A stretch of DNA of 64,000 nucleotides from contig JBFWWG010000013.1 in assembly GCA_050246315.1 (NCBI GenBank), forward strand, positions 32,001 through 96,000. Reading direction: 5' to 3'. This document shows, one piece after another, positions 17,125 to 28,178 of this stretch. Source of the DNA: Nitrospiraceae bacterium (GTDB lineage: Bacteria > Nitrospirota > Nitrospiria > Nitrospirales > Nitrospiraceae). The notes beneath the pieces were generated by a model that had not been told where the DNA came from, ran no database searches, and was given only the letters and a program-made list of their open reading frames with translations. Numbering within the stretch: position 1 is the first letter of the stretch; every line of letters begins with the position of its first letter. The translations under genes were made by a program, and so were the position numbers.

Positions 17125-20028
17125 GTGGACGTGGCACCGTCAAAATTTCCTCTCTCCACCTATCGCGTGCAGTTCAATACCGCGTTTTCCTTCGTCGATG
17201 CGACGGCGCTCATCCCCTATTGGCATGCGTTGGGCATCACGGACTGCTACGCGTCGCCCTACTTCAAGGCGGTGCCCGGCAGTCCGCACGGGTATGATGT
17301 CATCGATCCGACCGTCTTGAATCCCGAAGTCGGGACCCCCGAGGAGTACCAGACGTTCGTCACCACCCTCCAGGCCTCCGGCATGGGACAGCTCCTCGAC
17401 GTCGTGCCCAACCACATGGGGATCGGGCGGATGGTGAACGCGTGGTGGGCCGATGTCCTGGAGAACGGACCTAGCTCCCCCTATTCCATCTTTTTCGACA
17501 TCGACTGGGATCCCGTGAAACGGGAGTTGCACGACAAGGTATTGCTCCCGATCTTGGGGGATCTCTACGGGCATGTCCTCGAGAATCAGGAGATCACGCT
17601 CGAGTACGACGAAGGTGCGTTCTTCGTGCGCTACTACGATCACCGGTTGCCGCTGTCGCCGCGGTCCGGCGCCAAGGTGTTGGCCCACCGGCTTGATCGG
17701 CTCATCCAGTGCGTGGGGCGGGGGCATGCTCCGATCGAGGAACTGCAGAGCATCATCACGGGACTGGGACACCTTCCGCCTCGTCACGAGCGTGATCCCG
17801 GTACGGTGGAGGTGCGGTACCGAGAGAAGGCGATCCTGAGGAAGCGGCTGGCGGCGGCGGTTCACGACAGCGCCGTCGTCGGTGCGTTCATCAAGGACAA
17901 TGTGGCGCTGTTCAACGGAACGAAGGGCGATCCCCGGAGCTTTGATCTGCTCGACGACCTCCTCAACGACCAAGTTTACCGGCTGGCCTATTGGCGCGCG
18001 GCGTCGGAGGAGATCAACTATCGGCGGTTTTTCGACGTGAACGAGTTGGCGGCCATCCGTGTCGAGGATCCGGCGGTGTTCCAGGAGGCCCACCGGCTGG
18101 TGTTCCGATTGCTCAAAGAGGGGGCGGTCACCGGCCTGCGGATCGATCACGTCGATGGCCTCTACAGTCCGAGCGAGTATCTGACGCAGTTGCAGGCCTG
18201 GGCTCGGCGAGAAATGGCGCCTGACGAGGACCAGGAACGACCGCTGTATCTGATCGTGGAAAAGATTCTCGGCAAGGAGGAGCCGCTGCCCGAGACCTGG
18301 CCGGTGTATGGCACCACCGGATACGATTTCATGAACATGGTGAACGGGCTGTTTGTGGATCAGTCGAGCGAACGGCGATTCACGGAGATCTACGCCCGCT
18401 TCATCCACAAACGTCTCGTCTATCAGGATGTCGTTTACGAATCGAAGAAGCTGATCATGCAGGCGGCGATGTCGAGCGAGCTCAACGTGCTGGGCCACTA
18501 CCTCAATCGTCTGTCGGAACGGGACCGGCGGTCCCGCGACTTCACCTTGAACAGCTTGACGCATGCGATCCGGGAGATCGTCGCCTGCTTTCCCGTGTAC
18601 CGCACCTATGTGACGGCGGGGGCCAGCGGTCTGTTGGACCGTGACCGATCGTTCATCCGCCTGGCCGTGGCGAGGGCGAAGCGGCGCAACCCGGCGCTGA
18701 GCGGCCTGGTCTTTGATTTTGTCAGAGACTTGCTGCTGAAGCAGCGGGATGCTCGCACCGAAGAGGATGAACAGCTTCAGCAGCAGTTCATGATGAAGTT
18801 TCAGCAAATCACCAGTCCCGTGACGGCGAAAGGCGTCGAGGATACGGCTTTTTACATCTACAACCGATTGGTATCCCTGAACGAGGTCGGCGGCGATCCC
18901 GAGCAATTCGGCCTGTCCGTGGAGGTGTTTCATCGGGCCATGCAGGAGCGGCAGGCCCGCTGGCCATTGGCGCTCTCGGCTACCTCGACGCACGATACCA
19001 AGCGGAGTGAGGATGTGCGGGCTCGCATCAACGTGCTGTCCGAGTTGCCGCAAGAATGGCGGACGCACATTCTGCATTGGGCGAAACTGAATCGACGATT
19101 CAAGACCGAGGTGGATGGAGAGGAAGCGCCCGATCGGAACGAGGAATACTTGCTGTATCAAACCTTGATCGGCGCCTGGCCCTTCGAAGACCTGGACGCC
19201 ATGGCGTTCCGTGCGTTCCAGGCGCGCGTGCAGCAGTATCTTGCCAAGGCGCTCAAGGAAGCCAAGGTCCACACCAGTTGGGTAAATCCGAATCCGGCTC
19301 ACGAGGAGGCGGTCGCGAACTTCATCGACCGGATTTTGGATCGCTCGAAGGCCAACCCATTTCTCCAGGATTTTCTCCCGTTCCAACGGCGGATCGCCGG
19401 CTATGGCATCTGGAACGCCCTGGCCCAATTGGTGCTGAAGGTCACAGCTCCCGGCGTGCCGGACTTTTACCAAGGGACCGAACTCTGGAATTTCAGTCTC
19501 GTCGATCCCGACAATCGCCGGCCGGTGGATTTCGCGGTGCGCCGGCGTGTGCTCGAGGACATCCGGCAAGCCTGTGCTGCGTCGCCGGAACGCGCGGCGC
19601 TGGTGCGGCACCTGATCGAACATCGAACGGATGGGAGGCTGAAGCTGTATGTACTGGTCTCGTTGCTGACCTATCGACGCTCACGGCCGGAGTTGTTCTC
19701 CAACGGGACGTATGTGCCGCTGGACATCCTCGGGGAGCGAACGGATCAGGGCTGTGCGTTTGCGCGGCTCGAACAGGATCAGGCCGTCGTAGTCGCGGTG
19801 CCTCGATTGGTGACCCGGCTGTGCGCCGATGCCAACCGACCTCCGATCGGACCGGAGTTCTGGGGCGAGTCCTGGATCACGGTGCCTTCCTGGAGCGCCA
19901 GAACGCACTATCGCAATCTGCTGACGGGCGAACAGCTTACCCCCTCCTTGCTGGAAGGTCGGCATGTCCTCCCTCTCGGCGAAATCTTTCGGGAGTTGCC
20001 GGTGGCGGTACTCGAGAGGCTGACATGA
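17125..20028 (+). CDS. treY: Malto-oligosyltrehalose synthase
   Basis: STYRVQ, GSPHGYDV, DVVPNHMG, INYRRFFDVN, LRIDHVDGL, AKGVEDT, THDTKRSED, SLVDPDNRRPVDF. Confidence 0.97.
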   Translation: MDVAPSKFPLSTYRVQFNTAFSFVDATALIPYWHALGITDCYASPYFKAVPGSPHGYDVIDPTVLNPEVGTPEEYQTFVTTLQASGMGQLLDVVPNHMGIGRMVNAWWADVLENGPSSPYSIFFDIDWDPVKRELHDKVLLPILGDLYGHVLENQEITLEYDEGAFFVRYYDHRLPLSPRSGAKVLAHRLDRLIQCVGRGHAPIEELQSIITGLGHLPPRHERDPGTVEVRYREKAILRKRLAAAVHDSAVVGAFIKDNVALFNGTKGDPRSFDLLDDLLNDQVYRLAYWRAASEEINYRRFFDVNELAAIRVEDPAVFQEAHRLVFRLLKEGAVTGLRIDHVDGLYSPSEYLTQLQAWARREMAPDEDQERPLYLIVEKILGKEEPLPETWPVYGTTGYDFMNMVNGLFVDQSSERRFTEIYARFIHKRLVYQDVVYESKKLIMQAAMSSELNVLGHYLNRLSERDRRSRDFTLNSLTHAIREIVACFPVYRTYVTAGASGLLDRDRSFIRLAVARAKRRNPALSGLVFDFVRDLLLKQRDARTEEDEQLQQQFMMKFQQITSPVTAKGVEDTAFYIYNRLVSLNEVGGDPEQFGLSVEVFHRAMQERQARWPLALSATSTHDTKRSEDVRARINVLSELPQEWRTHILHWAKLNRRFKTEVDGEEAPDRNEEYLLYQTLIGAWPFEDLDAMAFRAFQARVQQYLAKALKEAKVHTSWVNPNPAHEEAVANFIDRILDRSKANPFLQDFLPFQRRIAGYGIWNALAQLVLKVTAPGVPDFYQGTELWNFSLVDPDNRRPVDFAVRRRVLEDIRQACAASPERAALVRHLIEHRTDGRLKLYVLVSLLTYRRSRPELFSNGTYVPLDILGERTDQGCAFARLEQDQAVVVAVPRLVTRLCADANRPPIGPEFWGESWITVPSWSARTHYRNLLTGEQLTPSLLEGRHVLPLGEIFRELPVAVLERLT

Positions 20029-20309
20029 TCCCGCGACCGTCGATCTTTCAGGATGGTGTCGGGGTGCGTTCCGAGGCGCCGCTGCCGGAACCGAGCGACC
20101 GGTGGTGGGGGGCGGAGGCGGGCGTGCGCTCGCAGCCGGGGTGGTCCCCGAAGACGGAACCCCGACGGATCAGTCGATTCAGGTGGAAGATCGCGCTCAG
20201 TGGAATGTTCGCTGCGGGCCTGGCCATCGGCTGTCTCGTGGGCCTGGCGATCGGGTGGGAGCGTCGTCCCCATGAATCGGGCCCACGCGATCAGGACAGG
20301 GGATCATGA
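20025..20309 (+). CDS. Small single-pass membrane protein (hypothetical)
   Basis: ATGA overlaps with both treY and the next gene; one hydrophobic segment IALSGMFAAGLAIGCLVGLAIGW. Confidence 0.65.
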   Translation: MIPRPSIFQDGVGVRSEAPLPEPSDRWWGAEAGVRSQPGWSPKTEPRRISRFRWKIALSGMFAAGLAIGCLVGLAIGWERRPHESGPRDQDRGS

Positions 20310-20971
20310 TGGAACCGACAGCCCTCACCCCGTTCACCTTTATCGGCTGCAGCGAGCTCGAGGAAAGCCTCGGGCAGCAGGCGGATGATGAAAAAGAACT
20401 GGCTGAGATGCTCGAAGATGTCCCGCTGGATTCCGTGCACTTCCACACGCACAGCTATTTTCTCCGGCATCGATTCATTGAACGGGTCTATCCGAACGAT
20501 TTCGCCCAATGGGTGGTGACGCAGGTGGGCGATCATGTCCTGGCGGAAAAACTGGCGGTGGTCGATCCGTTCGACTATCCCAATTTGGAGGACCTCCGCG
20601 AAGAGATCATCTCGATCATCGACCACCATCTGTCCCGGATGCCGATCGTTCCTCGCGTGATCTTCGGAAGGCCCTTCTATTTCCACCGCTCGCGCATCCT
20701 GGAAGTGCCGATGGGAGTGGAGGCCCGCACGTTGAGTGAATTTCGGCGGGCCGTGTCGGAGATCGATGTGAGCGCGATCTACTTTCATATGTTCGAGGCG
20801 CATTTTCGCCTCCACCGCGAAGAGAGCGATTTTTCCGCGTGGATTCGCACTGGGCTGGGGCTGCCGGACCTGGCGGATCGGATTCGCGCCATCAATCCGT
20901 ACCTCGGCAGCCTGGAGCGGCTGCGTTCCAGCTTGCTGACGGCCTGCGACGGATACGCGATGAGCGGGTGA
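20306..20971 (+). CDS. DUF5752-like protein
   Basis: Two internal repeats (S.HFH...NDFAQWV...LAEKL..VDPF and AIYFH...SDFSAWI...LADRI..INPY); adjacent to treS and treT. Confidence 0.75.
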   Translation: MMEPTALTPFTFIGCSELEESLGQQADDEKELAEMLEDVPLDSVHFHTHSYFLRHRFIERVYPNDFAQWVVTQVGDHVLAEKLAVVDPFDYPNLEDLREEIISIIDHHLSRMPIVPRVIFGRPFYFHRSRILEVPMGVEARTLSEFRRAVSEIDVSAIYFHMFEAHFRLHREESDFSAWIRTGLGLPDLADRIRAINPYLGSLERLRSSLLTACDGYAMSG

Positions 20972-20997
20972 GGGCGACGGAGGAAGGGAGGGGGCCG

Positions 20998-22677
20998 GTG
21001 CCGAGACAGGATTCGCGATGGTACCAAGACGCCGTGTTCTATGAGCTGCACGTCCGGGCGTTTTACGACGACAACGGCGACGGCATCGGCGATTTTGCGG
21101 GACTCACCCAGAAGCTTGACTATCTGGAGTGGCTCGGGGTCGATTGTCTCTGGTTGTTGCCGTTTTATCCTTCCCCCCTGCGCGACGACGGGTACGATGT
21201 GTCCGACTTCCTCAGCATCGCCCCGTCCTACGGCTCGACCGAGGATTTTCGCCGTCTCCTGGATGAAGCCCACCGGCGCGGCATGCGCGTGATCGCCGAT
21301 CTGGTGCTCAACCACACCTCCGATCAACACGCCTGGTTCCAAGCCGCCCGGCGGTCTCCTCAAGCCCCGACGCGGCACTACTATGTCTGGAGCGATACCG
21401 ATCAGAAATATGCCAAGGCAAGGATCATCTTCATCGACACGGAAAAGTCCAACTGGACATGGGATCCCGAGGCGCAGGCCTACTATTGGCACCGGTTCTT
21501 CAGCCACCAACCGGATCTCAACTATGAGAATCCCGCCGTCAGGCAGGCGATGTTGGAGGTGATGTCGTTCTGGCTCGATCACGGCCTCGACGGGTTCCGA
21601 TGCGACGCCGTTCCCTATCTCTTCGAACGCGAAGGCACACTGTGCGAAAACCTCCCCGAGACCCATGTCTATCTCAAGGACATTCGCCGGCAGATCGACG
21701 AACGCTATCAGGGCCGCATTCTGTTGGCCGAGGCGAATCAATGGCCGAGCGACGTGCGGCCCTACTTCGGGGAGGGCGACGAGTTCCATATGGCATTTCA
21801 TTTTCCCCTCATGCCCCGACTCTTCATGGGGCTCCGAAGCGAGGACCGCGGGCCGATCATCGACATGTTCAAGCACACGCCGCCGATTCCGGACGGGTGC
21901 CAGTGGTGCCTGTTTCTGCGCAACCACGATGAGCTGACGTTGGAAATGTGCAGCGGCGAAGAGCGCGATTACATGTACTATGCCTACGCGCGCGATCCTC
22001 AGATGCGGCGCAACATCGGGATCGCACGGCGGCTGGCTCCCCTGTTGGACAACGACCGCCGCAAAATCGAACTGCTCAACAGCATCGTCTTCACGTTGCC
22101 GGGCAGCCCCATCATCTATTATGGGGATGAGATCGGCATGGGCGACAACATCCATTTGGGGGATCGGAACGGTGTTCGGACGCCCATGCAGTGGATGCCG
22201 GATCGCAACGCCGGGTTCTCCAAAGCGGACTCCAGCCGACTCTTTCTGCCGCTGGTGGCCGATTCCGTCTATGGCTATCAGTCGATCAATGTGGAGGCGC
22301 AGCGGCAGGTCCCGCATTCGCTCCTGCATTGGATGCGGCACATGATCGCCATCCGCAAGCAACATCAGGTGTTCGGACGGGGGACGTTGGAGTTTCTGGC
22401 CCCGTCGAATGAGAAGATTCTGGCCTACGTGCGAGAATACGAAGGGGATGCCGTCCTGCTCGTGCACAATTTGGCAGGGTCTGCGCAACCGGTGGAGCTC
22501 GATCTGCGACGGTTCCAGGGCCGGTCTCCGGTGGAACTCTTCGGGGAGTCGCGGTTTCCGCCGATCGGGGAGTTGCCGTATCTCTTGAGCCTGGGGCCCT
22601 ACGGCTCGTACTGGTTCAGTCTTCCGACGGCCCGCTCGTGGGAGCGAGAGTACGGACTCGAATGGAGCGCGATCTGA
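20998..22677 (+). CDS. treS: Trehalose synthase (maltose alpha-D-glucosyltransferase), without a fused maltokinase
   Basis: [68 protein letters not shown]. Confidence 0.96.
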   Translation: MPRQDSRWYQDAVFYELHVRAFYDDNGDGIGDFAGLTQKLDYLEWLGVDCLWLLPFYPSPLRDDGYDVSDFLSIAPSYGSTEDFRRLLDEAHRRGMRVIADLVLNHTSDQHAWFQAARRSPQAPTRHYYVWSDTDQKYAKARIIFIDTEKSNWTWDPEAQAYYWHRFFSHQPDLNYENPAVRQAMLEVMSFWLDHGLDGFRCDAVPYLFEREGTLCENLPETHVYLKDIRRQIDERYQGRILLAEANQWPSDVRPYFGEGDEFHMAFHFPLMPRLFMGLRSEDRGPIIDMFKHTPPIPDGCQWCLFLRNHDELTLEMCSGEERDYMYYAYARDPQMRRNIGIARRLAPLLDNDRRKIELLNSIVFTLPGSPIIYYGDEIGMGDNIHLGDRNGVRTPMQWMPDRNAGFSKADSSRLFLPLVADSVYGYQSINVEAQRQVPHSLLHWMRHMIAIRKQHQVFGRGTLEFLAPSNEKILAYVREYEGDAVLLVHNLAGSAQPVELDLRRFQGRSPVELFGESRFPPIGELPYLLSLGPYGSYWFSLPTARSWEREYGLEWSAI

Positions 22678-23918
22678 ATGCGGCTAGCAAGGGGACCGAA
22701 GTGGGGCCGTTCGCACCAATGAATCCCATCCTGGACGACTATCGAGAGGTGGCTCCGAAGGGGACGGTCGAATTCCTGTATCGGCTGAGCGACCTGGTGA
22801 AGAGCCGGAGCTTTCTCCACGTGACCTCGGTGAGGTACGGCGGCGGAATGGCCGAGGTGCTGCGGCGGCTCGTTCCGATGATGAACGCCCTCGGCGTGGA
22901 GGCGCGGTGGGAAGTCATCGCCGGCACGCAGGAGTTTGCCGCGGTGGCCAAGCGCTTGACCAACGCGCTTCAGGGACGGGACGAACCGATCACTCAAGAC
23001 ATGTATCAGACCTACATGGAGATCAACGATCGCAACGCGAAGGCGCTCAAGTTGGACGCGGATATGGTGATGATCCACGACTCCCAGCCGGCTGGGATCG
23101 TGGATCATCGAGCGGGCGGCTGCTGGCTCTGGCGCTGCCATTTGGATCTGGCCCAACCGCAGCGGCGGGCATGGACCTTCCTCCGGCGGTATGTTCTGAA
23201 ATATGACGCGGCGATTTTCTCGCTGTCCGGATTCGCGCAACGGCTGCCCATCCCGAAGTTTCTGATTCATCCGTCGATCGATCCGCTGAGTCCCAAGAAC
23301 CGGGATATGACCCGGGGCGAAATCGCCCCGATCGTGGATCGGTTGGGTATCCCGAGAACCAAGCCGATCCTCCTCCAGGTGGCGCGATTCGACCGCTTCA
23401 TGGACCCCCTCGGAGTGCTGCAGGCCTATCGTATGGTGAAGAAGCACCACGATTGCCAACTGGTCCTGGCGGGGGCCGGTGTGATGCACGATCCGGAGGG
23501 CGAGACCGTCCTGGGGGAACTCAGGGAGGCGGCGGAAGGTGATCCGGACGTGCACCTCATCCCGCTTCCCCCGGAGGCCGATCTGGAGATCAACGCCCTG
23601 CAGCGGGTCGCGACGGTGATCATCCAGAAGCCGATCAAGGAGGGGTTCGGCGTAGGGGTGTCGGAGGCGATGTGGAAGGGAAAGCCGGTGATCGGCAGTG
23701 CGGCCGGAGGGATCGCCGTCCAGATCATGGATGAGGTGACCGGCTATGTCGTGCGATCCGCCGAGGGCGCGGCCTTCCGGATTCGATACCTGCTGAACAA
23801 TCCGGGATTGATCCATCGGATGGGGGCGGCGGCGCGGGAGCATGTCCGCCGCAATTTTCTGATCACGCGGCACTTGAGCGACTACCTCACGCTGCTGAAC
23901 GTTCTGGTGCGGCGCTGA
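22662..23918 (+). CDS. treT: GT4 trehalose glycosyltransferring synthase (TreT-like)
   Basis: [61 protein letters not shown]; start may be 22719. Confidence 0.85.
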   Translation: MERDLNAASKGTEVGPFAPMNPILDDYREVAPKGTVEFLYRLSDLVKSRSFLHVTSVRYGGGMAEVLRRLVPMMNALGVEARWEVIAGTQEFAAVAKRLTNALQGRDEPITQDMYQTYMEINDRNAKALKLDADMVMIHDSQPAGIVDHRAGGCWLWRCHLDLAQPQRRAWTFLRRYVLKYDAAIFSLSGFAQRLPIPKFLIHPSIDPLSPKNRDMTRGEIAPIVDRLGIPRTKPILLQVARFDRFMDPLGVLQAYRMVKKHHDCQLVLAGAGVMHDPEGETVLGELREAAEGDPDVHLIPLPPEADLEINALQRVATVIIQKPIKEGFGVGVSEAMWKGKPVIGSAAGGIAVQIMDEVTGYVVRSAEGAAFRIRYLLNNPGLIHRMGAAAREHVRRNFLITRHLSDYLTLLNVLVRR

Positions 23919-24008
23919 AGCGAGCGGAGAGGGAACCGATCCTGCTCGCGGAGGGCCGACCGGCGGCGGGTCGTGCCTGGGAGCCGGACATGAGACTGGA
24001 GAGACGGG

Positions 24009-25277
24009 ATGAGCGAGGAGGCGGCACTGCACAAGCCGCTGGATGAACGGGTCCGGCCGAGCCGGACGGCGGATGTCATTGTTGTCGTGCTGACCCTCAA
24101 CAATGCCCGCACGATCGAGCCACTGATGAAGGGGATCGTCGCCGGACTTCGGCAGTATTTTCCCGGGTCGCCGGGGCTCCTCATCAACTGCGACGGCGGG
24201 TCGCAGGACGGGACGCCGTCGATGATCGAGGGACTGGCCAGCGGGTATCCCGTCCATCGCTTGGAGGGGACGACGCTCGGTGCGTACCCGACCCTCCCAA
24301 CCGAGGCCGGGACCTCCGGACGCGAGCGGATTCTGCGGGAGCTGGGCGCGATCTCGGAGCAGGCGCAGGCGAGCGCCTGTCTGATCCTGGACGGGAACCT
24401 CCGGTCGCTCACGCCCGAGTGGATGGAGTTGCTGGGGCGGCCGGTGCGCGAGGGCAGCGCCGACCTCGTCATCCCGCTGTATCAGCGGCATCGATACGAT
24501 GGGACGCTGGCGCATAATTTACTCTCTCCCTTGTTGCGGGCGTTGTATGGAAAGCGGATCCGTTATCCGAGCGGAGGAGCCCGTGCCTTGTCGGGCCGGT
24601 TTGTTCACGACGTTCTGGCACGAATGACACTCGAGCGGGCTGCGCAAGGCTGCGGGTTGGACGGCGCGCTGACCACGCTGGCGCTCGCCGGCGACCGACA
24701 GATCTGCCATGCCTATTTGGGCACCAAGGTGCAGGATGGGCTGTTCGGCGCCGCCGACTTGGCGACGGTCATCTCCCAGTCGGTGGGGTGCATCTTCCAT
24801 TCCATGGAGACATACGAATTGCGGTGGGAAGGGATCAGGGCTTCCACGGAGGTTCCCTTGTATGGCAAGGTTGACCATGCCTCCGCGAGCGAGCCGGTTC
24901 AGGTCGCCCGCATGGTGGGAGGGTTCAAACAGGGGCTGCGGGATCTGCTCCCTCTCTGGGAGTTGATTCTTCCTCCCGAGACCTTGGATCAGATTCTGCC
25001 GCTTGGCATGCTCGATCCCGACGAATTCCGATTCCCGGTCGAGCTATGGGTCCAGGTGGTCTATGACTTTGCGCTGGCCTATCACGACCAGGTGTTGCAC
25101 CGAGATCACCTGCTGAAGTCGTTGACGCCCTTGTATCTCGGACGCACGGCTTCCTTCGTCCTGGAGACCAAAGACGGCGCCTCACCGGACGTGGAGACGG
25201 CGGTGGAATCGATCGGCGAGGTATTTGAACGGATGAAACCGTACCTGCTCGAACGATGGAGGTGGCGAGATGAGTGA
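24009..25277 (+). CDS. GT2 glycosyltransferase, glucosylglycerate/mannosylglycerate synthase-like
   Basis: NNARTI, NCDGGSQDGT, LRSLTPEW, YQRHRYDGT, ALYGKRIR, LTPLYLGRTASF. Confidence 0.75.
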   Translation: MSEEAALHKPLDERVRPSRTADVIVVVLTLNNARTIEPLMKGIVAGLRQYFPGSPGLLINCDGGSQDGTPSMIEGLASGYPVHRLEGTTLGAYPTLPTEAGTSGRERILRELGAISEQAQASACLILDGNLRSLTPEWMELLGRPVREGSADLVIPLYQRHRYDGTLAHNLLSPLLRALYGKRIRYPSGGARALSGRFVHDVLARMTLERAAQGCGLDGALTTLALAGDRQICHAYLGTKVQDGLFGAADLATVISQSVGCIFHSMETYELRWEGIRASTEVPLYGKVDHASASEPVQVARMVGGFKQGLRDLLPLWELILPPETLDQILPLGMLDPDEFRFPVELWVQVVYDFALAYHDQVLHRDHLLKSLTPLYLGRTASFVLETKDGASPDVETAVESIGEVFERMKPYLLERWRWRDE

Positions 25278-25977
25278 CATCTGGCGCGATACGATGGTCG
25301 CCGCCTTTCGTGACACGATGGTTCAGATCATGCTGGTGCTCCCGAAGTTGTTGGCCCTGCTCACCTTCATCCTGCTGGGCCTCCTGGCCGCCTGGCTGGT
25401 GAAGGTGTTGACGGTACGGGTGCTCGCCGCATTCCGTTTCGATGCGTTGTGCGAGCGCTTCGGCCTGAGCACGGCCTTGCTGAAGGCCGGCGTGAGACGC
25501 TCCGTGTCCCAGGTGGTCGGCCGTCTGCTGTTTTGGACGATGTTTTTGTTGTTCATCTTTATGGGGGTTGACGCGGTGGATTTGCCGGCGACGGCCACGC
25601 TGATCAGCCAGATGATGAGTTTTCTACCGCGGGCCCTGGCGGCGGCGCTGCTGCTGTTGGTCGGGGTTTTGGCCTCGAATTTCTTTTCCGAAGCGGTGCT
25701 GATCGCCGCGGTCAATGCGCACATTCATGAAGCTCGGCTTGCGGCTGCGTTGGTGCGCTGGGGGATTCTGTTATTTACGTTCGCGATGGTGTTGACGCAA
25801 CTGGGGATTGCCAACGAGATCGTGGTGGCGGCCTTCTCCATTACGTTCGGCGGCGTCGTGTTGGCCTTAGCCATTGCCGTCGGATTGGGTTCAAGAAATG
25901 TGGCGCGCCGGGCGATCGAGCGTCGCTGGGGTTCCAAGCCGGAACACGAGGACGTGGACGAATTGTCGCACATCTGA
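25270..25977 (+). CDS. CmpX-like / MscS-related TM-helix membrane protein
   Basis: LPKLLA and FLPRALAA repeats, LTQLGIA, ALAIAVGLGSR; 8-nt overlap with the upstream gene. Confidence 0.75.
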   Translation: MSDIWRDTMVAAFRDTMVQIMLVLPKLLALLTFILLGLLAAWLVKVLTVRVLAAFRFDALCERFGLSTALLKAGVRRSVSQVVGRLLFWTMFLLFIFMGVDAVDLPATATLISQMMSFLPRALAAALLLLVGVLASNFFSEAVLIAAVNAHIHEARLAAALVRWGILLFTFAMVLTQLGIANEIVVAAFSITFGGVVLALAIAVGLGSRNVARRAIERRWGSKPEHEDVDELSHI

Positions 25978-26056
25978 TTTTAGGCGATGGACCGCCGGGA
26001 GGAACGTGCGAGGTCGATCGGCGAAAGCCTTCATGCGTAAAACAGGAGCGAGTCGG

Positions 26057-28150
26057 ATGTCTCGACCGAGCAAGAACGTGAACCAGCCCGCTCTATCGCC
26101 CGAAACCGGGCCGGTGGATCGACCGACGGGAATCGGCGTCGGATTTTCTGCGGACCGGCCGGGACCGGATGGGCGGCAACGGGTCGTGATCGAGGGGGTG
26201 AAGCCGGAAATTGATGGAGGGCGGTTTCCCATCAAGCGGGTGGTGGGCGACACCGTCGTCGTGGAAGCCGATCTGTTTGCCGATGGGCACGATGTCCTCT
26301 CCGGCGTTCTGCGGTATCGGCATGACAGCAGCCGGGAGTGGCAGGAGGCGGAATTTCGCTTCGTGAGCAACGACCGCTGGCGCGCGTCGTTCTCCGTCCA
26401 GGTGATCGGCACGTACCAATATACGATACAAGCGTGGCTCGACCGGTTCGGCTCCTGGCAGCGCGACATGAAGAAACGGATGGCGGCTGGTCAGGTCATG
26501 TCGATCGATGGGCTTGTTGGCGCGAAACTGCTCGACGAGAGCGCGTCCCGCGCTCCGGGGCCCGATGCGGACCGGCTTCGGCGGGTTGCGGAACAGTTGC
26601 GGGAAGACCAACAATCTTCGGCGGGAGGGCTTGATGCGGCGTTGAGTGAGGAGATCGGCCGGTTGATGACGCGCTATGCCGATCGGAAGTTCGCGACGAC
26701 CTATGAACGGGAACTGTCGGTGACCGTCGATCGCGAACGGGCGCGGTTCAGCGCCTGGTACGAACTGTTTCCCCGTTCCTGTTCGTTGGAACCGAGCCGG
26801 CACGGCACATTCAACGATTGCGAAACGCGGCTCCCCTACATCGCCGGTATGGGATTCGATGTCCTGTACCTGCCGCCCATCCATCCGATCGGACGGACGT
26901 TCAGAAAGGGCAAGAACAACGACCCGAACGGCGGGCCGGACGCCGTTGGAAGCCCCTGGGCGATCGGGTCGCATGAAGGCGGGCACAAGGCCGTTCATCC
27001 GGCGCTCGGGACGATCGAGGATTTTCGGCGGCTCGTGCGCAAGGCCGGGGAACACGGCCTGGAAGTCGCGCTGGACCTGGCATTTCAGTGTTCACCGGAT
27101 CATCCCTATGTGAAGGACCATCCCGAATGGTTCAAGAAGCGGCCGGACGGGACCATCCAATATGCCGAGAATCCTCCGAAGAAATACCAGGACATCTATC
27201 CGATCGATTTCGAGACCGAGCAATGGCAAGCGCTGTGGGCCGAACTCAAGAGCGTCGTAGTGTACTGGGTGGAGCAGGGGGTGCGGATCTTTCGCGTGGA
27301 TAATCCCCACACGAAGGCCTTCCGGTTCTGGGACTGGTTGCTCGGTGAGGTGAAGCGCGCCCATCCGGAGGTGGTGTTCTTATCGGAAGCGTTCACGAGG
27401 CCGAAGGTGATGTACCGGCTGGCCAAGGCGGGATTCACGCAATCCTATACGTACTTTGCTTGGCGCACGTCCAAGGTCGAGCTGACGGACTACCTGACCG
27501 AACTGACCACGACGGAGGTGCGGGAGTATTTCCGCCCGAGCTTCTGGCCCAACACGCCGGACATCTTGACGGAACAGCTTCAGTACGGAAGCCAGGCGAC
27601 CTTCATGTCTCGCCTCGTGCTGGCGGCCACCTTGGGGGCGAGCTACGGTATCTACGGGCCCGCTTACGAACTCTCCGAGCATCGTGCGATCAAGCCGGGC
27701 AGCGAGGAGTATCTGGATTCCGAAAAATATGAGGTTCGCCACTGGCCGATGGACCGGCCCGACAGCCTCTGCGAATTCATCGGTCTCGTCAATCAGGCGC
27801 GTCGCAGCAACCCCTCGCTGCAGCGGGACGACAGCCTGCATTTCCACCGGGTCGATAACGAGTACCTGATTGCGTACAGCAAACATACGGAGGACCGTTC
27901 TAATATCGTCCTCGTGGTCGTGAACCTCAGTCCGCACCATGTTCATGCCGGTTGGATCGACCTGGATCTGGACGTGCTGGGACTGAAGCCGGATCAGCCG
28001 TTTCAGGTCCATGATCTGTTGACGAACGCCTATTACCTCTGGGCTGGGTCAAGAAATTATGTCGTGATCGATCCGCAATCGGCACCGGCTCAAATCTTTG
28101 CGGTGCGGTCCCATCTGCGGACGGAGCGCGACTTCGACTATTTTCTCTGA
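26057..28150 (+). CDS. glgE: Alpha-1,4-glucan:maltose-1-phosphate maltosyltransferase
   Basis: DGGRFPIKR, WYELFPRS, YLPPIHPIG, YAENPPKKYQDIYP, FRVDNPHTK, SEAFTRP, NTPDIL, EEYLDSEKYE. Confidence 0.97.
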   Translation: MSRPSKNVNQPALSPETGPVDRPTGIGVGFSADRPGPDGRQRVVIEGVKPEIDGGRFPIKRVVGDTVVVEADLFADGHDVLSGVLRYRHDSSREWQEAEFRFVSNDRWRASFSVQVIGTYQYTIQAWLDRFGSWQRDMKKRMAAGQVMSIDGLVGAKLLDESASRAPGPDADRLRRVAEQLREDQQSSAGGLDAALSEEIGRLMTRYADRKFATTYERELSVTVDRERARFSAWYELFPRSCSLEPSRHGTFNDCETRLPYIAGMGFDVLYLPPIHPIGRTFRKGKNNDPNGGPDAVGSPWAIGSHEGGHKAVHPALGTIEDFRRLVRKAGEHGLEVALDLAFQCSPDHPYVKDHPEWFKKRPDGTIQYAENPPKKYQDIYPIDFETEQWQALWAELKSVVVYWVEQGVRIFRVDNPHTKAFRFWDWLLGEVKRAHPEVVFLSEAFTRPKVMYRLAKAGFTQSYTYFAWRTSKVELTDYLTELTTTEVREYFRPSFWPNTPDILTEQLQYGSQATFMSRLVLAATLGASYGIYGPAYELSEHRAIKPGSEEYLDSEKYEVRHWPMDRPDSLCEFIGLVNQARRSNPSLQRDDSLHFHRVDNEYLIAYSKHTEDRSNIVLVVVNLSPHHVHAGWIDLDLDVLGLKPDQPFQVHDLLTNAYYLWAGSRNYVVIDPQSAPAQIFAVRSHLRTERDFDYFL

Positions 28151-28178
28151 GGGTCGTGCGGGGAGCGGGAGGCTATCG

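Noticed and set aside
17140..19623. Long antisense ORFs (827 aa here; also 4858-6510, 20785-22488, 22599-24515, 32550-34049 and 51926-53362)
   Set aside because: Shadow ORFs opposite well-supported genes, as expected from high-GC codon bias; no recognisable motifs
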